Part shown: positions 63,534 through 64,000 of the stretch, piece by piece | Layout: every line of letters starts with the position of its first letter | How positions within the stretch are numbered: the first letter of the stretch is position 1 | NCBI GenBank assembly: GCA_963771075.1 | Contig: CAVYSE010000018.1 | Coordinates: 108,551-172,550, forward strand | DNA length: 64,000 nt | Reading direction: 5' to 3' | From: a candidate division FCPU426 bacterium | GTDB taxonomy: Bacteria; Oederibacteriota; Muellerivitia; Muellerivitales; Muellerivitaceae | Notes under the pieces: generated by a model | What the model saw: only the letters and a program-made list of their open reading frames with translations | Database searches by the model: none | What the model was told of the DNA's origin: nothing | Made by a program: the position numbers and the translations under genes

Positions 63534-64000
63534 GCCTGGACCCCCTGGATTCCCAAGTGGACCAACCGGCTCTGGGTATCGGCCCAGATCTCTCCGCCCA
63601 TCTCCGTCCAAAGCCTGCAAAAGCTCTCGTCCTCGGGAAGGTACCGATGGTTGGGTCCGTCGATTTGGCAATTGAAGAATGAGTAAAGATAACTGCTGTT
63701 CTTAAGGGGATTCATGGGACTGGACCCGCCGGAATACTTCAACTGGGGGTATTTCTGCATCATCGCCAAAAGGGCTTGCCGCCGAATCATTAAAAAACCC
63801 GCCCTGGCGAAGGGAACTTTTACGAACTCTTCCTTTGAATCTGGAACCGTCTTGACTTCAGCTTGGGGGACTAGGGGCAAAGACCCGGGCTTGTTCGGAT
63901 AAGGAGCTGAAACGATATCCTTCCCGATATGTAAAAGCCTAAAGACCTGGCGGGGATCAAAACCGATGTCCGAATCGATAAATAGAAGATGGGTGGAGGT
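63530..64000 (-). CDS. Putative GT-A-like glycosyltransferase, paralog 2 (5' end beyond the window).
   Basis: The reading frame is open to nt 64000. THLLFIDSDIGFDPRQVFRLL, RAGFLMIRRQAL and EDESFCRLWTEMGGEIWAD parallel paralog 1. Confidence 0.5.
   Translation of the reverse strand, partial: TSTHLLFIDSDIGFDPRQVFRLLHIGKDIVSAPYPNKPGSLPLVPQAEVKTVPDSKEEFVKVPFARAGFLMIRRQALLAMMQKYPQLKYSGGSSPMNPLKNSSYLYSFFNCQIDGPNHRYLPEDESFCRLWTEMGGEIWADTQSRLVHLGIQGVQA

Noticed and set aside
62618-64000. A genomic island integrated at tRNA-Gln.
   Set aside because: - Only suggestive features are present: a strand switch, an AT-rich spacer and accessory-type genes.
- I found no direct repeat of the tRNA 3' end and no integrase within the window.
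- The GC content of the two genes looks similar to the rest.
- The possibility is kept only as a remark in the glycosyltransferase finding.

Overview
A 64-kb window at roughly 55% GC, probably from an uncultivated diderm bacterium. Nearly all genes are on the + strand, and many neighbouring genes have start/stop overlaps of 1-4 nt.

Housekeeping content:
- A pyrimidine operon (pyrK, pyrD, pyrF, pyrE) interrupted by accessory genes.
- A beta-oxidation cluster (fadD-like, thiolase, 3-hydroxyacyl-CoA dehydrogenase, enoyl-CoA hydratase).
- A patatin-like lipase.
- groES-groEL with a perfect CIRCE operator and a sigma70-type promoter.
- A Bat/MoxR aerotolerance-type operon (DUF58, batA, batB, batC-like, batD-like, moxR).
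- yicC-gmk-rpoZ-coaBC, a family-4 uracil-DNA glycosylase, gltX and tRNA-Gln(CUG).

Accessory content that stands out:
1. Four large secreted proteins (one 2507 aa, one more than 1875 aa) carry Thr/Pro-rich tandem-repeat stalks and a shared FlgD-Ig/T9SS-like C-terminal domain. Three of them are start/stop-overlapped with their own PorV/UPF0164-like outer-membrane barrel gene.
2. The third pair continues into a partner-switching module: a fused RsbW-like kinase / HAMP / PP2C phosphatase with a transposase-type HTH tail, a STAS protein and two TPR proteins, with a PilZ-like gene next to it.
3. At least eight copies of an inverted-repeat cassette sit immediately after stop codons inside operons. 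Their termini are tandem CNCNAAGA octamers. Some carry small cargo genes (two GxxExxY PD-(D/E)XK-family genes, an AT-rich orphan, an antitoxin-like ORF) and some are empty and MITE-like.
4. A second, looser family of short post-stop-codon repeats is present.
5. Several genes are frameshifted (rqcH-like, fadD-like, gltX, a GNAT, one GxxExxY). These are either real gene decay or assembly indels.

No CRISPR array, rRNA gene, complete IS element or recognisable prophage was seen.
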